NCBI RefSeq assembly: GCF_000150275.1
Contig: NW_002060971.1
Coordinates: forward strand, 473,487-537,486
DNA length: 64,000 nt
Direction: 5' to 3'
DNA from: Trichoplax adhaerens
Lineage: Eukaryota; Animalia; Placozoa
In this document: in pieces, positions 1 to 46,400 of the stretch
How positions within the stretch are numbered: position 1 is the stretch's first letter
Layout of the letters: each line of letters starts with the position of its first letter
Program-made: the position numbers and the translations under genes
Notes under the pieces: generated by a model
Told to the model about the DNA's origin: nothing
Seen by the model: only the letters and a program-made list of their open reading frames with translations
Databases searched by the model: none

Positions 1-1004
1 ATAATTAAATCATTCAGGAGATTTTAATTCTCACTTTTACACATTGTTAAGAAATTAGAAGCGGTATTTGGACTTATTGAATGTTGTCGTCTGACCAAAA
101 AAATAACACTAATTGTTTTACTTAAGTGTTATTCAGCTAATTTAGTTACTCTAAGATGAGTAATTATTTGATTGCCTGTGATTAGGCTTGGGAAAAATAA
201 TATTTCTGGTGCATATGATAATATTCACGCGAATTCTCTTGAAATTGAGATTTACTGTAGTCTCATTGGTCGTTATTCACTTCAGGACAATATTTAATGA
301 CCCTTTTTGCCTAAAGCAAGATAGGTGAGTCTAAATTAGAATCATTATGAAAAGTATTATAATATAAATTGTTTCAAATAACTAAGTTCGTCGCGTGCGA
401 CACTACATCTTACTAAATAATTCCATGAATTCTAAATAATATTGATTAAAGTCATAGAAGAGTATAAATATATGCCAGTATTGACTGAATTAGCATTAAA
501 TGAAAAAGTTATTAGTGCGAGTTCATGTATAAATAATACGATATTGCGAAATTATTATTAAAATGGTTGCAGAGATCATTTTGGTTTGTTAAATGCGGAC
601 ATTGGATTAGAGAGGAATTTAAAGATCAATTTTCTCAGTAAATTATTGACCTGGATAAATAATCTGCTATTTCCAGTGCATTGATAATAATTAATCAGTA
701 TTGCATATCGAAATCTATGATACATCTCTTAGATAGCAGTCCCATTAATAATCTAATTTTTATGCTTCAATACAGATATCAATAAATCTATTTTGTCGAT
801 GAATTAATGCGTACAAAGCTTTATACTATCTGTCGCATTATATTTATAAAATGGTACTTCTATTTTAAAAACTTTCTCACGCGGCTCCATTAATATCTTG
901 TAAACAGCTTGTTATAATTGTAGCCCTTGATGTATATCTATGTAAATGTGACTTGATATCGATGTACTCCGGTAAAGATTAAGGAATGAAGTAATATGTA
1001 TTTA

Positions 1005-1355
1005 TGTAATCTTTACACGTTACGTTTATTGACTTCTATCCAAATCAAATTAGAACTACTCTTAGCAATGCAAGAGGTTATACACCAATAATGCTCTCCA
1101 CAATCGATATCAAGTACCTTGCTACATTGAGAGTATCCCTTAACACTAGAACCCTTCAAGAGCCTCTTCGTACGATGTGCACCATTATAAGTATGTTGTC
1201 TTTCGGCTAAAGGTTGGTTACAGATAAGTCAGATCAATTGATTGGATGTGGTTCTCTTATGATAATAAGTACCGATATAGCTACCCTGTCTTATGTTGTA
1301 CCGCAGGATGATATCCGTGCGTATTCGTAATAGTACTAAGTTAGAGTATACAACA
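1005..1355 (-). mobile_element. Probable solo LTR (351 bp), family B
   Basis: On the minus strand it starts TGTTG and ends TTACA. It is flanked by the 4-bp direct repeat TTTA (1001-1004 and 1356-1359), has AATAAA ~20 nt from its 3' end (1025-1030), and looks more GC-rich than its flanks. It is single-copy in the window and the TSD is AT-rich. Confidence 0.5.
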
Positions 1356-4300
1356 TTTACTGTATACTATACCAAATTTCAACACAGCTTTAACACCATC
1401 AATTTAATTTATGTTAATCCTGATCGAAAGTTACTTCTGGTTACATTTGGGGTGTAGAACTTTTAAAAAAATCTTAATAACCGGTAAAAGCCCAAATACT
1501 GCCCATTATCTTTATATGCTTGATATTGGATGTCACTTCTGCTATATAAAAAGATCTAATTTTAATAATTTGGATGAGGATCGCTTATGATATTACAATG
1601 TAGGAATTATAAAAGCTTTATCAGATCACTTAACTTAAACTAAAAAACTGCTGCATTTATTAAATCTGCTGACTACTTTGTCATGAATTTAATAGATATA
1701 TGCCATATCTACAGTGGAGTCTCATTTTTTATATTTGTTCGCTTTAAACTTAGTGAGCTCAAAGTATGGTGCCATACTTAGAGTTGATTGAAGATTGCGA
1801 TTATGCTGTGATATAGTATGATAATACTCATGTGGACAAGCGTAAATATCTAGATTTGAGCAATAAGGGTCTAAAAGACGTAAAATAAAGATAGATATTT
1901 GTGGTTTAGGTACTAGTACTATTGCTAATGTGACTAAAAGGCACGTTACTATTGCACGTGGATTTTAAAAGTAATTTATGACGGCATGAAAGGAGTAAAA
2001 TTGATTGCCTATTTCAAAAGCATCTGCGCTTAATAATGCTATTGGTTTATCTGTGACGAGTATTTATTTCTAAATAAGCTTTTTTACTAAATGCCAAGAT
2101 TTATATGTAGTGTTTACCACTTAACTGTACTGCCACGTTTTTTTCTAAAGATTTCATTAAACTAGTATTTTTCTTAGCATTATGCGTTTATTCGTGCAGT
2201 TAGTGTGATTCCATCATTTTATGAAAAATTTTTGAAGTTCTCATTTTATTAATTGGCGGTAACTTTAATTCTTTTTCGATAGATAGATTATAAATTGATA
2301 AGCTTGCTAGTTATATCAAGTCTCTGCTTTTCTAAAATACTTCTTATTTAAGTGAGAAGAAACCGTCAATATATTAGGTTACGGCAAGGAAGACAAAGAG
2401 GATGAAGGCTAGAATTAGAAAGAAACCCATATAGATGTATAAATTTATACATATATGCTTCATTTCGTAATCTTAATCTGCGTGTGTGCAAGCTTTATTA
2501 TATTCGTAAACCGATAAATCAACTAGTTTTAACTTCTATTTAGAGTTTTATCATGGAGTGATGTCCGTGATACTGTATTGATTTTGTTTACCATTAGTTG
2601 CAGATGGGCTTTAGAAGCATGTCAATAATTTATCATACTTCAGCTTCCATGTAAATAAATCAATGCGGTTGTACAATAATACTGCACAATCCTAACTATT
2701 CAAATCAATTATATTTAGGTTGTAACTATAGAACTAATCACTGTCTAAAGAGAATCACTTTGTATAAATTATTATTGCTTTTATGCAATCAAATAAAGCA
2801 TAAAAAAGTCGGTTGTATGACAAAGATTGATATAAATTTTATCCTAATAGTAATCCAATATCAAATCGGACTAAGTTTATCCTTCATGAATGAAATTTAT
2901 CTACCCTGATTGTTATTTATTAATTGTATAGATCAAATATTAAATCTATTAATAACAGTATTCAAACTTTGCTTAATCCGATTACATTTAAAGGTAAAAG
3001 AGTAGATGATTATATCTAGATTTGCTGTCACAAGCCAATAGGAAGGGTTTAGCGAACTGTAGTAGCTTATTTGCATGATTAGGTCAGGTAGTTCATTAGT
3101 TTCGTCATGCTTGCACGCGATCCTGTAATAATAACAGAAAAGATAAATACCGTAAAAACACTGTAAAAAAGGCAAAAAAATCCTATTTTTTACGTTTATG
3201 TGAGAGATATGATGGCATTTGGGTAATAGGTTGATAAGTTGTGCAATAGTATAGTCATAAGAATATGGATTGATAATATTTGGTGGAATAAATATCTAAT
3301 TACAGTGCATCATTGGATATACATGATTAGATATTTTGTTCCCATTTCTTTCCAGATATTGGTAGCCGTAGCAAATTGCTTATTTCGCAAGGAATAAAAG
3401 TTGCGTTAAAATTGATTATGTCGGGCTCATTGTTTTCTTGAAAAATCTGGAGATTGTGCACGCGATACTTCAAATGCAATTTTTCAAAATATTGAATAGG
3501 TTATGATATCTAAGTATTCTCCTATATGGATTACCATCATATGTAATGCGATGGGTATAAATTCTAGCTGTGAATTTTGCACTAATTTTGTAATCCATTT
3601 CTTCCCTTACTCCTAACGGATGGCTTACAAATATTTCAATTTTATATTTCATGCTACTTACGAAGCAAAACTGTAATTCGAGTGACGTACATTACTTCTA
3701 TGGTATTATTTTAAAATACCTACGGATATCAGCTGAATGTTACTTCTAGCTTAATAGATTTCGGATCTGTAATATAATAAGACTTTTAAGCTATGAGATT
3801 GCTGATGTTTCAAAATGCCAAATTCAAGTTTCACAATAGGCATTAGAAGCTATTTAATTTCATCGCTCTGTAGATCCATGTTAGTATTTTACTTCGAGTA
3901 GATAAGGTTGCTTCGAAAATCTTCATAATATCGGCGGGAAAGAATTTTTCTCATACTAGATTATGATTCTGTATTTTTTATTTCTATCTATCTAAAGAGA
4001 TAATAGAAGAACTATTTTATTAAAAAAATTTCAAAATACCAATATGATAGATGAGTATAATAAATAATTTTATATCTACCTCATTCGAAATAGTTATTTT
4101 CCGTACATTGTTCTAGTTAAACAAAGAAGCCTTTACCTATTCATATAGATAGATCGTGTGACCATAATTACATAGGAAATGCAGATTGAACTATATTACC
4201 GGCATTTGCTAAGTTGAAGAATTATAGAAAAATGGGTTGATTTTATTACTTGAATTATTAGCATATTTAATAATTAAAATCTTATGCCTTAACATACATT

Positions 4301-6480
4301 TATATTTATAGGATTAAAAAATATAGCGATTATATAATTAACTTGATAGACGAAATGCAGAATTTAAAAGCTCCGTCTACCATATCAATCAAATATAATT
4401 TTAGAGCAACGATGTTCTACTGAAAGATACAATGTAGGTGAAAGATGGTAGATAAAATGATCTTAAAATAGAAAATTTATCATTTTCTAGTCGATATAAA
4501 TTTAGATTTCATCGTCAAATTAATCTCGTAAAAACAATGAGACCATGTAAAATTTCTTCACGTGTCATAACTGTAAGCGTGACCAGTATTTCCTGTATAT
4601 TGGATGCTTTGAGTAAGGTCTTTATATAATGGTAACCAAGTAAATGAGAAAAATAGGTAAATCTTATTGATGTCATGTTAATAAATTTTAAGAATGAAAA
4701 CGTACAATAGTCAGCAAATGATTAAGGAATTCCCTATGTTGCATCGCATATTAATAGATGCCATAGATATTCGTAAACTCAGATTCCACGATATTACGCT
4801 TTCAAATTAATAATCTTGGAAACTTTTATAGGGTTAATAGACTGTCCAAAAAGGTTAAAAAATTGCAATGTTAAAGTTAGCGAAAAATCTTCAGACTAAG
4901 TCCATTGAAGATGGATTATTGAATAGAATACCAATAATTTGTTAGGGTGATCTAAGAGAAGATGAGAAAAGCTCCACTAATGATAATTTTCATTAAGATA
5001 GTAAAATACAAAACAAAATCTTAGGAAATACTATAGAATGTTATCGATTCTTTTTAGCTTTCTGTAAGGGATTTATATACTTTCTTATGACATTATCACC
5101 TCTTAATTTCCTACTTACTAATCTATCTATTAAAGATGATCATCGAATTTACTGATAATATTTTTCTGTTAGATTTTCCCTATCTTTTATATTCATGATC
5201 TCACATAATCGAATTGTACAGTCTGCCATTTCTAATATGGAGGTTAAACTAAAAAGTGCGGTACCGTAACCGCTTATTTAGCACCAACATTAATAAACAA
5301 GTTTAAAAATACGGTTGCTTACAGTTCTATTTTGAAAATGAGTAATACTTTTCACCAACCTGTGTATAAAAAGTACAGAATCTTGTATTTGTAGCAGTGA
5401 AAGAATCACGAATGCCAATTTGACGTTTTGCTGCAGCGAACATAAGATATCTGAAGTAATGAGAAAATATTTTCTTTTTACTGTAATGTGAAAACAAAAA
5501 GTAGAATTAAAAATTTCAAATTACCATGTTAATAACTTACCGGTACTCTTTTATACTGTTATAATTGATTAGCTCTGTACGATATATTTAGTAATATGTG
5601 TTGTAAGTGAAAACTTGCTACAATGCAGCCAATAATTTATACAAATATTTAAAGATACAATGAAGCCGTGGATATGTACTTTAGTTAATGTTTATTCTTC
5701 TATAATCTTATTTAGTAATTTTGAATTTGCAAGATTAACAAATGGACAAGGCAAAGAAATAATATTCTAAAGAAGCATATCCAAAAATTTATGCTTACTT
5801 TTGAAAATATTTCTCTATTTAAGATGATATGGTGTAATTAACTCTATGAAACTGACCCGTAACATCATTCAACTCATAATTAAAATAGCATGGACATAAG
5901 ACTGTTTAATTTGATCTATTTAATCGATAAGAGTTTCTATTCCTAAGAATTGTATTATTTTATTCTATAATTTACGTCCTTGCCGAACTTCACTCATGTG
6001 CGGTTAGGAAATAGTCAAAATTAGCTGACCAATATGTTTAATAAATTTATATGCTTAGAATGATTACGATATTGGAAATATAATCTCTATGTTCTTAAAT
6101 AATATAGCTACTAACTAATGGTTTTGAAACCATCTACTTTGTCTACATATTGAAGACATTAAACAAGACGAAAATATAATCTACAATTCACGAATACACG
6201 GAAGTGAAAAAATTTAAGATTATTACAATAATTTGATCGTAGGTATATGATTAGATCAAGTTAACAATTTTGAAGTGCTTAATGAAACCATTCTAAATCG
6301 ATAATATTCTTTCTAAATTATACTTGCACAGGTTAAAAGATTTACTACTTAAATTATCTCATCAATGCCCATAAATATATTAGCTTTGATTCTAATTTAA
6401 CAGACTTCGAATAAACATTGCTCTATAACATTTAATACTGTACTTTTCAATTAAAGATACTGAATGCATGATTCTATTCT

Positions 6481-38091
<31,611 letters not shown>

Positions 38092-39949
38092 ACCAGTATA
38101 TATTAAAATGATATCTGCCAACCATCCAAAAATGATGGTGAAACTAATTTTAGCAATCTTTAACGCTTTCAATTTATACTGCTAACTGATGTAACATTTA
38201 TTTGTCATATAAATATTATGGACTCAGATGTTAACAAATACTGGCATTCTCTTCTCACAAATCAATGCCATGCATTAATAGATCAAGATAATGCGACAAT
38301 AGCATTAATTATAAGGACTTTTTTTGTTTACATACTTATCTATTGTAATCTTAAATTAAAATGAAAGAATATTTGTCTATGAATAAAGTACCTTTATGCT
38401 AAATGAATAAGTATTACTTACGACTTACTTTAAATTGTACAACTATTAAATATTTTATAACTGATAAAACTTTGATCTCAATGGAGGACGATGTGGTGAA
38501 GTAATGAGAAATAACTAAGATTTTCCTAAGACAATTTTATAATTTATTTACTGCGATCTAGAACTAGGGCGTAATTATGCTACAAAAGGCGATCGAAAAT
38601 ACCCAACTGAGATTTGAAAGTACCAGTATTAAATTTAGAACAAAAATTGATGTAGCTGCATAACTCTTTTATTTAATAACAACTCCCTTGTGTTAAGAGC
38701 TAGTGCTACATGACTGCCTTTAGCAAACACGTCAATCAATTAGTAATAATAGCGGAAGGCTAACTTGGATAGAGTCAAGGCTTGATAGTCTAAGAGTAGG
38801 ATAATAAGAAAATTAACACTTTGTTTCTATTCTATCACGGAGCCGATGACGCAAACATAATTTTAATGACGAATTACAATGCTTGTTTTCGTTTGGCCTA
38901 GCCTGAAAAAGGTAATACGAATTCCTATCAATATTTTCTATACTTTTAAATTACTCGATTTTGTTAATAATATTTGTAAACATGCAAAAGGAAATAGTAT
39001 ATAGACTTTTTTTGACAGTTGCGAAGGAAAAATTTTCCACAACAGGACACTCTGCGACGTCTTCGAAAGATTTAACTCTCATCGAAACCTTAATATGTCG
39101 CCAATATTCCGGTGAAGTATTTTAAAATCAGTTGAATCATTGCTTTCTCATTTATATCATATAGATGACCGATACAATTATAAATTTATTATTAACTTTC
39201 ATTTTGGATGGCGGCTAACGATAAATAATGTTCATCAAAAAAGAGTCGAAGTGTTTGAGCTTATGCATGTGAAGACTGTCTGTCATTGTTGGCAGGTTTA
39301 GTGACGTAGAGCTAATTTATCAAATTAAGATGCCAAATTTAGCTGTACATCGCGTCCACAATTTAACTTTTTGCCAGGGATCCATTATTCGTATAAACAA
39401 TATGAATTTTCATTATTTAATTCAAAAATCTTACTTTACAAAGCAATCCTATGTAACTGTTTAGGCAACCTACTTTTATAGGCTTAAATAGATTTTCCTT
39501 TGGCGATAATCGAATTTTAACTTTTGCTGCAAAATGATAAGATATGATTTTTATACATCCTTTAAGCGATAATTTTCCCATGTTTATTTGATTTTAGTAA
39601 TAATATGATGATCTTATAAAGATCTTGAATAAAAGATAGAATAATTTTAATAAGAAATATTGCCTGAAATAGTGAACATATCTAAATTGTTTTCATTATC
39701 GGATACATGTGTTGATGTTGTTATAGTACTAAGATAGCATATTCTGCATGCAAATTCTACTCACAAACATCGTCTATATTTGTAATGTATTGCCATATCT
39801 GAAAATGTATACAATGTAAAAATTTTTGTATTCTGTCTGTACCGCAGATGAATGCTTTTCTCTCTACATGATGATATTGTTTCAGTTCTGAGAAAAGGTG
39901 CTGTGCATAAATACGTTAGTCATAAATATGGTCTATAATTGTGTATTGC

Positions 39950-40950
39950 TTATTGAACATAAGTAGAAGGATCTGGTTGTACTCTTCACTTCTTTGTTTA
40001 TGTCTTCCGAGTTAGTGAAAGCAGAGTATCTCATGTGTCTACTAAGATTGTGCTGTGATTGTTTCTTTATCTCTTCTAATAAGATAGCTCTGTAAATTGC
40101 TCATCATGTTATCATGCTTACGTATTTTTCCTGAAGTGTCATTAAGCCTAATGTGGTAATAATTTGATATTGAACTTGTTCACTGGTGTATGGCAACGTG
40201 CGGGGAGAATATGTTTTATCTTATGCACATGGCTGTCTCTATCTTCAATAGATAATTACTAGGGCTGGTAAATCAAGCTAACTGTTGTTGTGTATTAAGT
40301 ATTTAAGCAAGAGTTAATTCATTATATCATATTCATTTAAGCAGTGAATAGTTTCGGCCGATAGACAGAAACAGTTTAGTATTGTTAATATTGCAGTTTT
40401 TATAATATACTTACGACAGTAGAATGTAAACGTAGTCCAGTAATAGATGTATACGGGCTTCTATTTGACTCTGAAACTTTTTGTGATCCTAGAATGTAAA
40501 CAGCAATTAAGATTTGTGAGATTAGAGCATGAAATTAAAATATTAAGTTAGAGTGCTAATTTCACACATCTGTTGTTCAAAAATATGACGTGAAAAATCA
40601 TAGGACGCTTGTAAGAGCAGATTCCAATAATAGCTTGACAAAGATCCATTGATTACAACTTTATTTTAGATTATTAATTTTAGATAATGAGTCAGGCGCT
40701 TTTGATTATTGACTAATATTGTATAGATTCGTAATGAAATAGTTTAGGTTAACCATTGGCTAGATATTTCTTTCTTCAGTAAGAATATAATTTGCAGATG
40801 TGTTTGTCATAGAGATATGTAATGCATTATTAAATGTGATGATAGCTGCCATGCGATAGAAATGCTGGTCGATCTAGGTATAAGAATTGTATCCGTAAGC
40901 GTATATAGATATTTTTTGGAATTGTCTGGTGGTAGATTTGCTGCAACTAT
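39950..40950 (-). mobile_element. Highly decayed non-LTR retrotransposon (CR1/L2-like RT) remnant
   Basis: Minus-strand fragments broken by stops and frameshifts occur in the expected order. They are PRSTSISI (cf. RSTxxxL), ANYILTEERNI*PMVNLNYFITNLYNIS (cf. DxSKAFDxVxHxxLxxKLxxxG spacing), LTHYLK..NKVVINGSLSS (cf. SYLxxRxQxVVINGxxS), NINNTKLFLSIG, LKYL and LPY...LGLMTLQEK. The catalytic motifs themselves are not intact. Confidence 0.4.
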
Positions 40951-43411
40951 GGGTATGAATATATATGTAATGGAGTTGAATAAGAAAGCCTCGATTTATT
41001 GGCATACGTATAAAATTAGATAGCTAAAGAATTAAAGTTCCACAGCTGTCTTCTTTTTGTAAGAAGAAATTATCAGTGGCTGTAATCTGTCCACATTTCA
41101 CTTGATGTATAATCTCACAGCTAAAATTTATCATATAGATTTTAAAATACTATAATCTCTAAGAGATATGATTGTTTTAAATGACATTCCTGTTGATCTG
41201 TATCTTTATCATATTCTGATTGCCTGAGCAAACTCAAAAGTCTTACTTAAAAGTCATTAGTTATAGGAATTCGCTTTACTATTAAGTTGCAAAGGCATTG
41301 ACGTTTCAACAAAGAATATCCAGATATTGATTTTCAACTCATCAAACAAAAAATGAACATTTATGCATAGACATGATTCTCATCAGTGTATATCCTTATT
41401 TCAGAATATCACTCAATATACTGTATAAATATTATAGAGTTAAAAATATCGAGAAAAGATTGAATTTTATTATAGCTTCGAATATTACTGAATAATATTG
41501 TTTCAATAAAATAATAATAATTATAAATGAAAAATTTCTACCATTAGAATTGAATTAGTGAAGCTTGTCAGGTGATTACTAAATTACGATATTATATTAC
41601 TGTTGTTAATTTGTATTAATTAATTTTCTCATTAAGTATCTTGCTGGTTCAGTTAATTCTTAAGCATTACAGCAAAATTCTTTGATCTATAACGGTTAAT
41701 ATGACATTCTTATTCTCTTTATGAATACCGAGAAAGCTGATTTATATAGAAATAGCAGTAAAATAATTTATTGTGTTCGCGTTTAACTAGATATATTGTT
41801 GCTCAGTTCTTCAGAGCTCTGAAAAAGTTATTGGTGGTTATCTACTGAAGAAAAATATTTAGATGCACTCAATAAACAATTACAGTCACTAAAATCGATG
41901 ATCAAAATATGCGATGTTACAAATATACAAGCAAAAACATTATTTAAATTTTTTGGAGCTGCAGATAGCATAAAATTTATATAATTAACTTGTCTAATGG
42001 AATTGTTTAAGCCCGAAATAACTCTAACACGTAATCATGACTGTAGTGAAGACAATTCTTAAGGGTCCACAGCAAATCAGACTAACTGGATTTAAAACCT
42101 GAATTTAGTTTTGTTGCAATAAAACCAACCGCAACTGTATTTACAACAAACAATGAACAAGAAGAACTGCCGATCTACTCGTCCCATATGCTTATAAAAC
42201 TTAGCGCATGACCTATTTAGTAATGTTTATAACACTATCACGCATTCACGTGCTAAGCACGGGCATAGAATTACCATATATTTCCGGGGCACGAGCAACT
42301 AATTGCATTAATCTACGCAAGTATCATTGCCTACAGTAATGCATATAAGTAATTCAATACTTAATTAAGAATTTAACTTAAGAACTAAACTCACGGCATT
42401 ATAATGACAAATGTGTGACAGATGGCTTCAACAGAAATTGCTATTTAATTCTATTGTAGTAGTAACAAATGACTCCTTAATTATATTTACCCCGTTCAAT
42501 TTTAAGCTCAATGTTCTGTAATATGGGTATTTTGTCACAGCTATGCGATTAAATTCGAATCCATTTAATCTATATTAGTTTTTTAAAGATCTAGTGACGG
42601 TAGACAATTGAAAAAAACACAGAATAAAATCAAAATAATCAATGAAAGTTAAACAAAGTAAGCTTTCGATAGATTAGTAAAAGTATTTCTTTTATTAGTT
42701 ATGGTGCAAGTGATTAGAATAATATAAAGATATACCGATTAGTTATAAGATTATCCCGGCTTTATATTCAAAATAACTTAATTCTTTACGATAAAGATAA
42801 TCAAAATATGTGGCCTACTACCAAGACTGAATAAATGTTTAATTAGTCTGATCACATGAATATTTACCATTGTGCATATATAACTATGTAAGCAGGCATG
42901 AACTTAAAAGCGTTTCCGATTAAAATGCCAAAACGGCGACAGAACCTTTTTCCTTATATGATTTAGCTTTAAATAACCACTTAATCCAATATTTTGGAAT
43001 GCGACCGAAAATAGCAGTATAACAGTTCGCGTATCCCATATTTTGGTCTAAGCAAATACGATTAATAGACTATGATTACACTGGAAATGTGTTGGTAAGC
43101 AAATTGAAACAAATACAATATTCAAAAGCAAGAACAGTACGAAATTTAATAGCAATGCAGTTGGACTAAATTTTAACTTGTGATAAAGTCTTAGATGCTC
43201 TAAAAAAGTTCAAAGTAAAAATTGCAAGTATATCAATTATTCAATAGGTAGTATGCGCTTGGTATCCCTGCTGCCTAAGCTTGAGTTTATTTCATATACT
43301 GCTGAGAAACATTTCTATTCAAATGTGCATATAGTAAAATAATGCGTAGTTTCATCAGCATTACGGATGGTAGCAAATTTGAAGCAAAATTGTACTTTGC
43401 AAAATTGTACT

Positions 43412-46400
43412 TTAGTACAATTTTGCTTCTGCTGCTTCACTAGTTTGAAATCGAACTGTTGGCTGTTGCTGATGGCTAGCAGTAGGCTTAGGGGAATCAC
43501 ATTCTTTCTTTAATGGCTGTTTACGACCAGGAAGCTGATTTATGATACCAGTTATTTTGCTAGCTGCTGAGTTATGATGACTACTAAGTTGAGATATACT
43601 TGCATTGGATTGATTGGATGACTTTTCGCGATCGCTTAATTTCAGTAAATTCGCCTAGTAAAGGCGATAGATCGATGATATTATGATAGATGATAGATCG
43701 TTATGATATTATCAATAAACGTATTACTGTAGATGTGTATTTTTAATGCAAAAAATAGGATTTATATTCAAAATGATGACTGTAATCTATGCATTTGTGT
43801 AGATAAAACAGTTATCTTACAATATTCATGGCAGCTGGAGAGTCAGTAAAGTGTTGTTCGGATTCTGGCGATTTAAGAGATGGATCTGAACCATCCTCTT
43901 CGTCTTCGGCATACTCACTATGTTGAACATGATGATCTAATCCTAATTTTAAAATATCTAAAATCTGCAAGGAAAGTCCATTGGAATATAGTTAACTACG
44001 CATGTAAAAAATATTTGAATGATTTCATACATACTATATTTGATTCGATATTTTAACAAATTTTTAAATTTACAGTAATTGATGAATTTTCTAATCTATT
44101 AAAAATCTAAATTTTATTCAAAACGGTCTGTAGGCAAAATGTGATAGCGCATGTACTAAATGTACATCACCAACGTTCTTGTTTAGTTAGGTTCATTATC
44201 GTAAACTAACTCACTTAAATATCGAGACTTATCCGTGATTGTATATTTACTACACAAAGTAGAGCTATGAAAGAATCAGTTTTTAAATGAAGTGTTTCTT
44301 AATCTTAGAGTTACAGTCATACATACATTAATTTTTACGAAGTATATAGGCTACTGTAGACTTACTTGAGGTATGTAGATTAAACCAGCGACAATACTGC
44401 TGTTTAAGATCACCATTAAGGTTAATGGTAAGTAGATATTCTGATTTATTAATTGAAAATATTTAACGATAGCAAAAGTAATGGCCGAAGAAATTGTAAT
44501 AAAAACATTAGCAGCAATGACAAAGCGAACATAGGCCGAACCAAGAAATTTCTTAGAAATGCTTCTGCAACACCAACATAGGTATAAACCCCAAAAGAAG
44601 TGCAAGCTTTTATAAGCCAAGATGCAATATAACCAATATTGATAATCGCGTGAGCGGCACACATGATATTGATAAACTAGGGTTTGATTAAATGATCGCT
44701 GTAATAAAGTAAACTAAAGCTTAATACTGAATAAAACATATTAACACTTAAAGAACAGATGCATGAATTCTATTTTTAAAAAGGCTTAAATTTTACGTTA
44801 AAAAAATTTTTATTAAATCATTTGTAAATGTTACCTCAATACTGATAACTTGTAGTTCTGACTGCAGAGGTACTTTATTTTGCCAAGCAGCAAGTACTGT
44901 CACATCGACCATTACGCTCATAAAGACGATCTGAAATAATTTTCTTCCACGTGGAATCTTGTTAAAGAAAAAAATTGTTTATATTATGTAAAGGCAAAAA
45001 ATTTGATATTATTTGAGCACTAAGTCGACTGAGCTTGAGTATTCTGATAAGTGATTGACTAGTCTGTGAATTGGCTCATGAAGAGATGGCATAAATTTGT
45101 AACCCTTGCCTTTGATTGAGAGGATCGATTAATTTTACGGTAGGCCCATAATCTTGCAAATATAGACGAATAAACAATTGAAAAGCCGATCATCAGAGTC
45201 CATGCACGGGCCTATAAAAAATATTACAATATTTCAACAAATTCAACATGCAAACCATAATTAGTCTCTAGATATGCAAGCTATCAAATAAAGAGAGGTT
45301 TCTCTAGATAAAGTTGTACAGACAGCTTCTATATGCAACGAACTCGCTATTCGTTACATCTTTAATATTGTAGATAATATTAGTTTCGTAAGATTTTTGA
45401 TAGCTAAAAGTATACGAATTCAATCTTGAATAATTAATAAGTATCAAGTATTTAATAACTTGCCTGACAAATTGTCTTGTAAGATTCATCCGATCGATGA
45501 ATGCAGCCCAATAAAATGTTGATGTAAAGTATTATATTGCCAGCAACAATTAAATAATTTAAAATTGAGCTAAAGCCACTTGTAACGCTAGAATGATGCA
45601 ATTAAAAGAACAATTACTGAAGAAGTTGTTATGATATTTCATTCACGGACTATATTTGATTATGCGATTAAGGCTATTTAGCTAGAAAAATTGAAAATTT
45701 AAAGTTTAGATAAGTTAAGCATCAATGAAAGACTATAATTAATTATAATCTGTATTCTCAATGCGCATTAACTCTAAACAAAATCATTCGTATAATTTTT
45801 TGTATTCACCTATGATTTTGACAGCGATACAAGAAAGCTACCAATAAAGCGTTAATTACAATACTAGATCCTGCTAGAACTTCTGCTGTAAGTGTAACGG
45901 CCCGCGTATGGTTGAAAACTATCGTTGAATTGATGAAGACGTCGGAAGGCGGATGTTTATCTATTAACATAATTAGTATTAACCAATGATCATTGATGCT
46001 CTTATGCTCCATATTTACTTTACTACTAAAGAGATAAATTACATTATTAGGCCATAATTTATTGTATGGCCTCAGTAGACTAATGCAAATGGAATAGATG
46101 AGAAGCGAAGTTTTGCGATAACTCTGGAAATGGATTGAATATTTGTTGTAACTCTTGCCTAAACCCAATTAACATAAATAAGGTCTTGCGAATATGGAAT
46201 AGAGCCTAAAGATTAATTATATAATAACTATGGTATATTTCAGAAATTTTCGATAGTCATTTAAAGGTACGGAATGTGTCTTATCAAATATAGACTGATA
46301 CTCGATATCAGTTAATAGGATTTGCTTTGTCCTACAGTCAACTGAAATCACACATCGATAATATTTATAATTTGTCACAATCAATAATATAATAAATCGT

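Noticed and set aside
2933-3652. Short ORFs in the left intergenic region
   Set aside because: They have no motifs or splice support and their composition is typical of random AT-rich ORFs.
42249-42300. Hairpin CGTGCTAAGCACG-GGCA resembling a Helitron 3' end
   Set aside because: There is no terminal CTRR at the expected distance; it may be decayed but is unsupported.
43315-43500. 61-aa ORF as the GPCR C-terminus
   Set aside because: The spliced frame from acceptor 43654 is different and stops at 43412.
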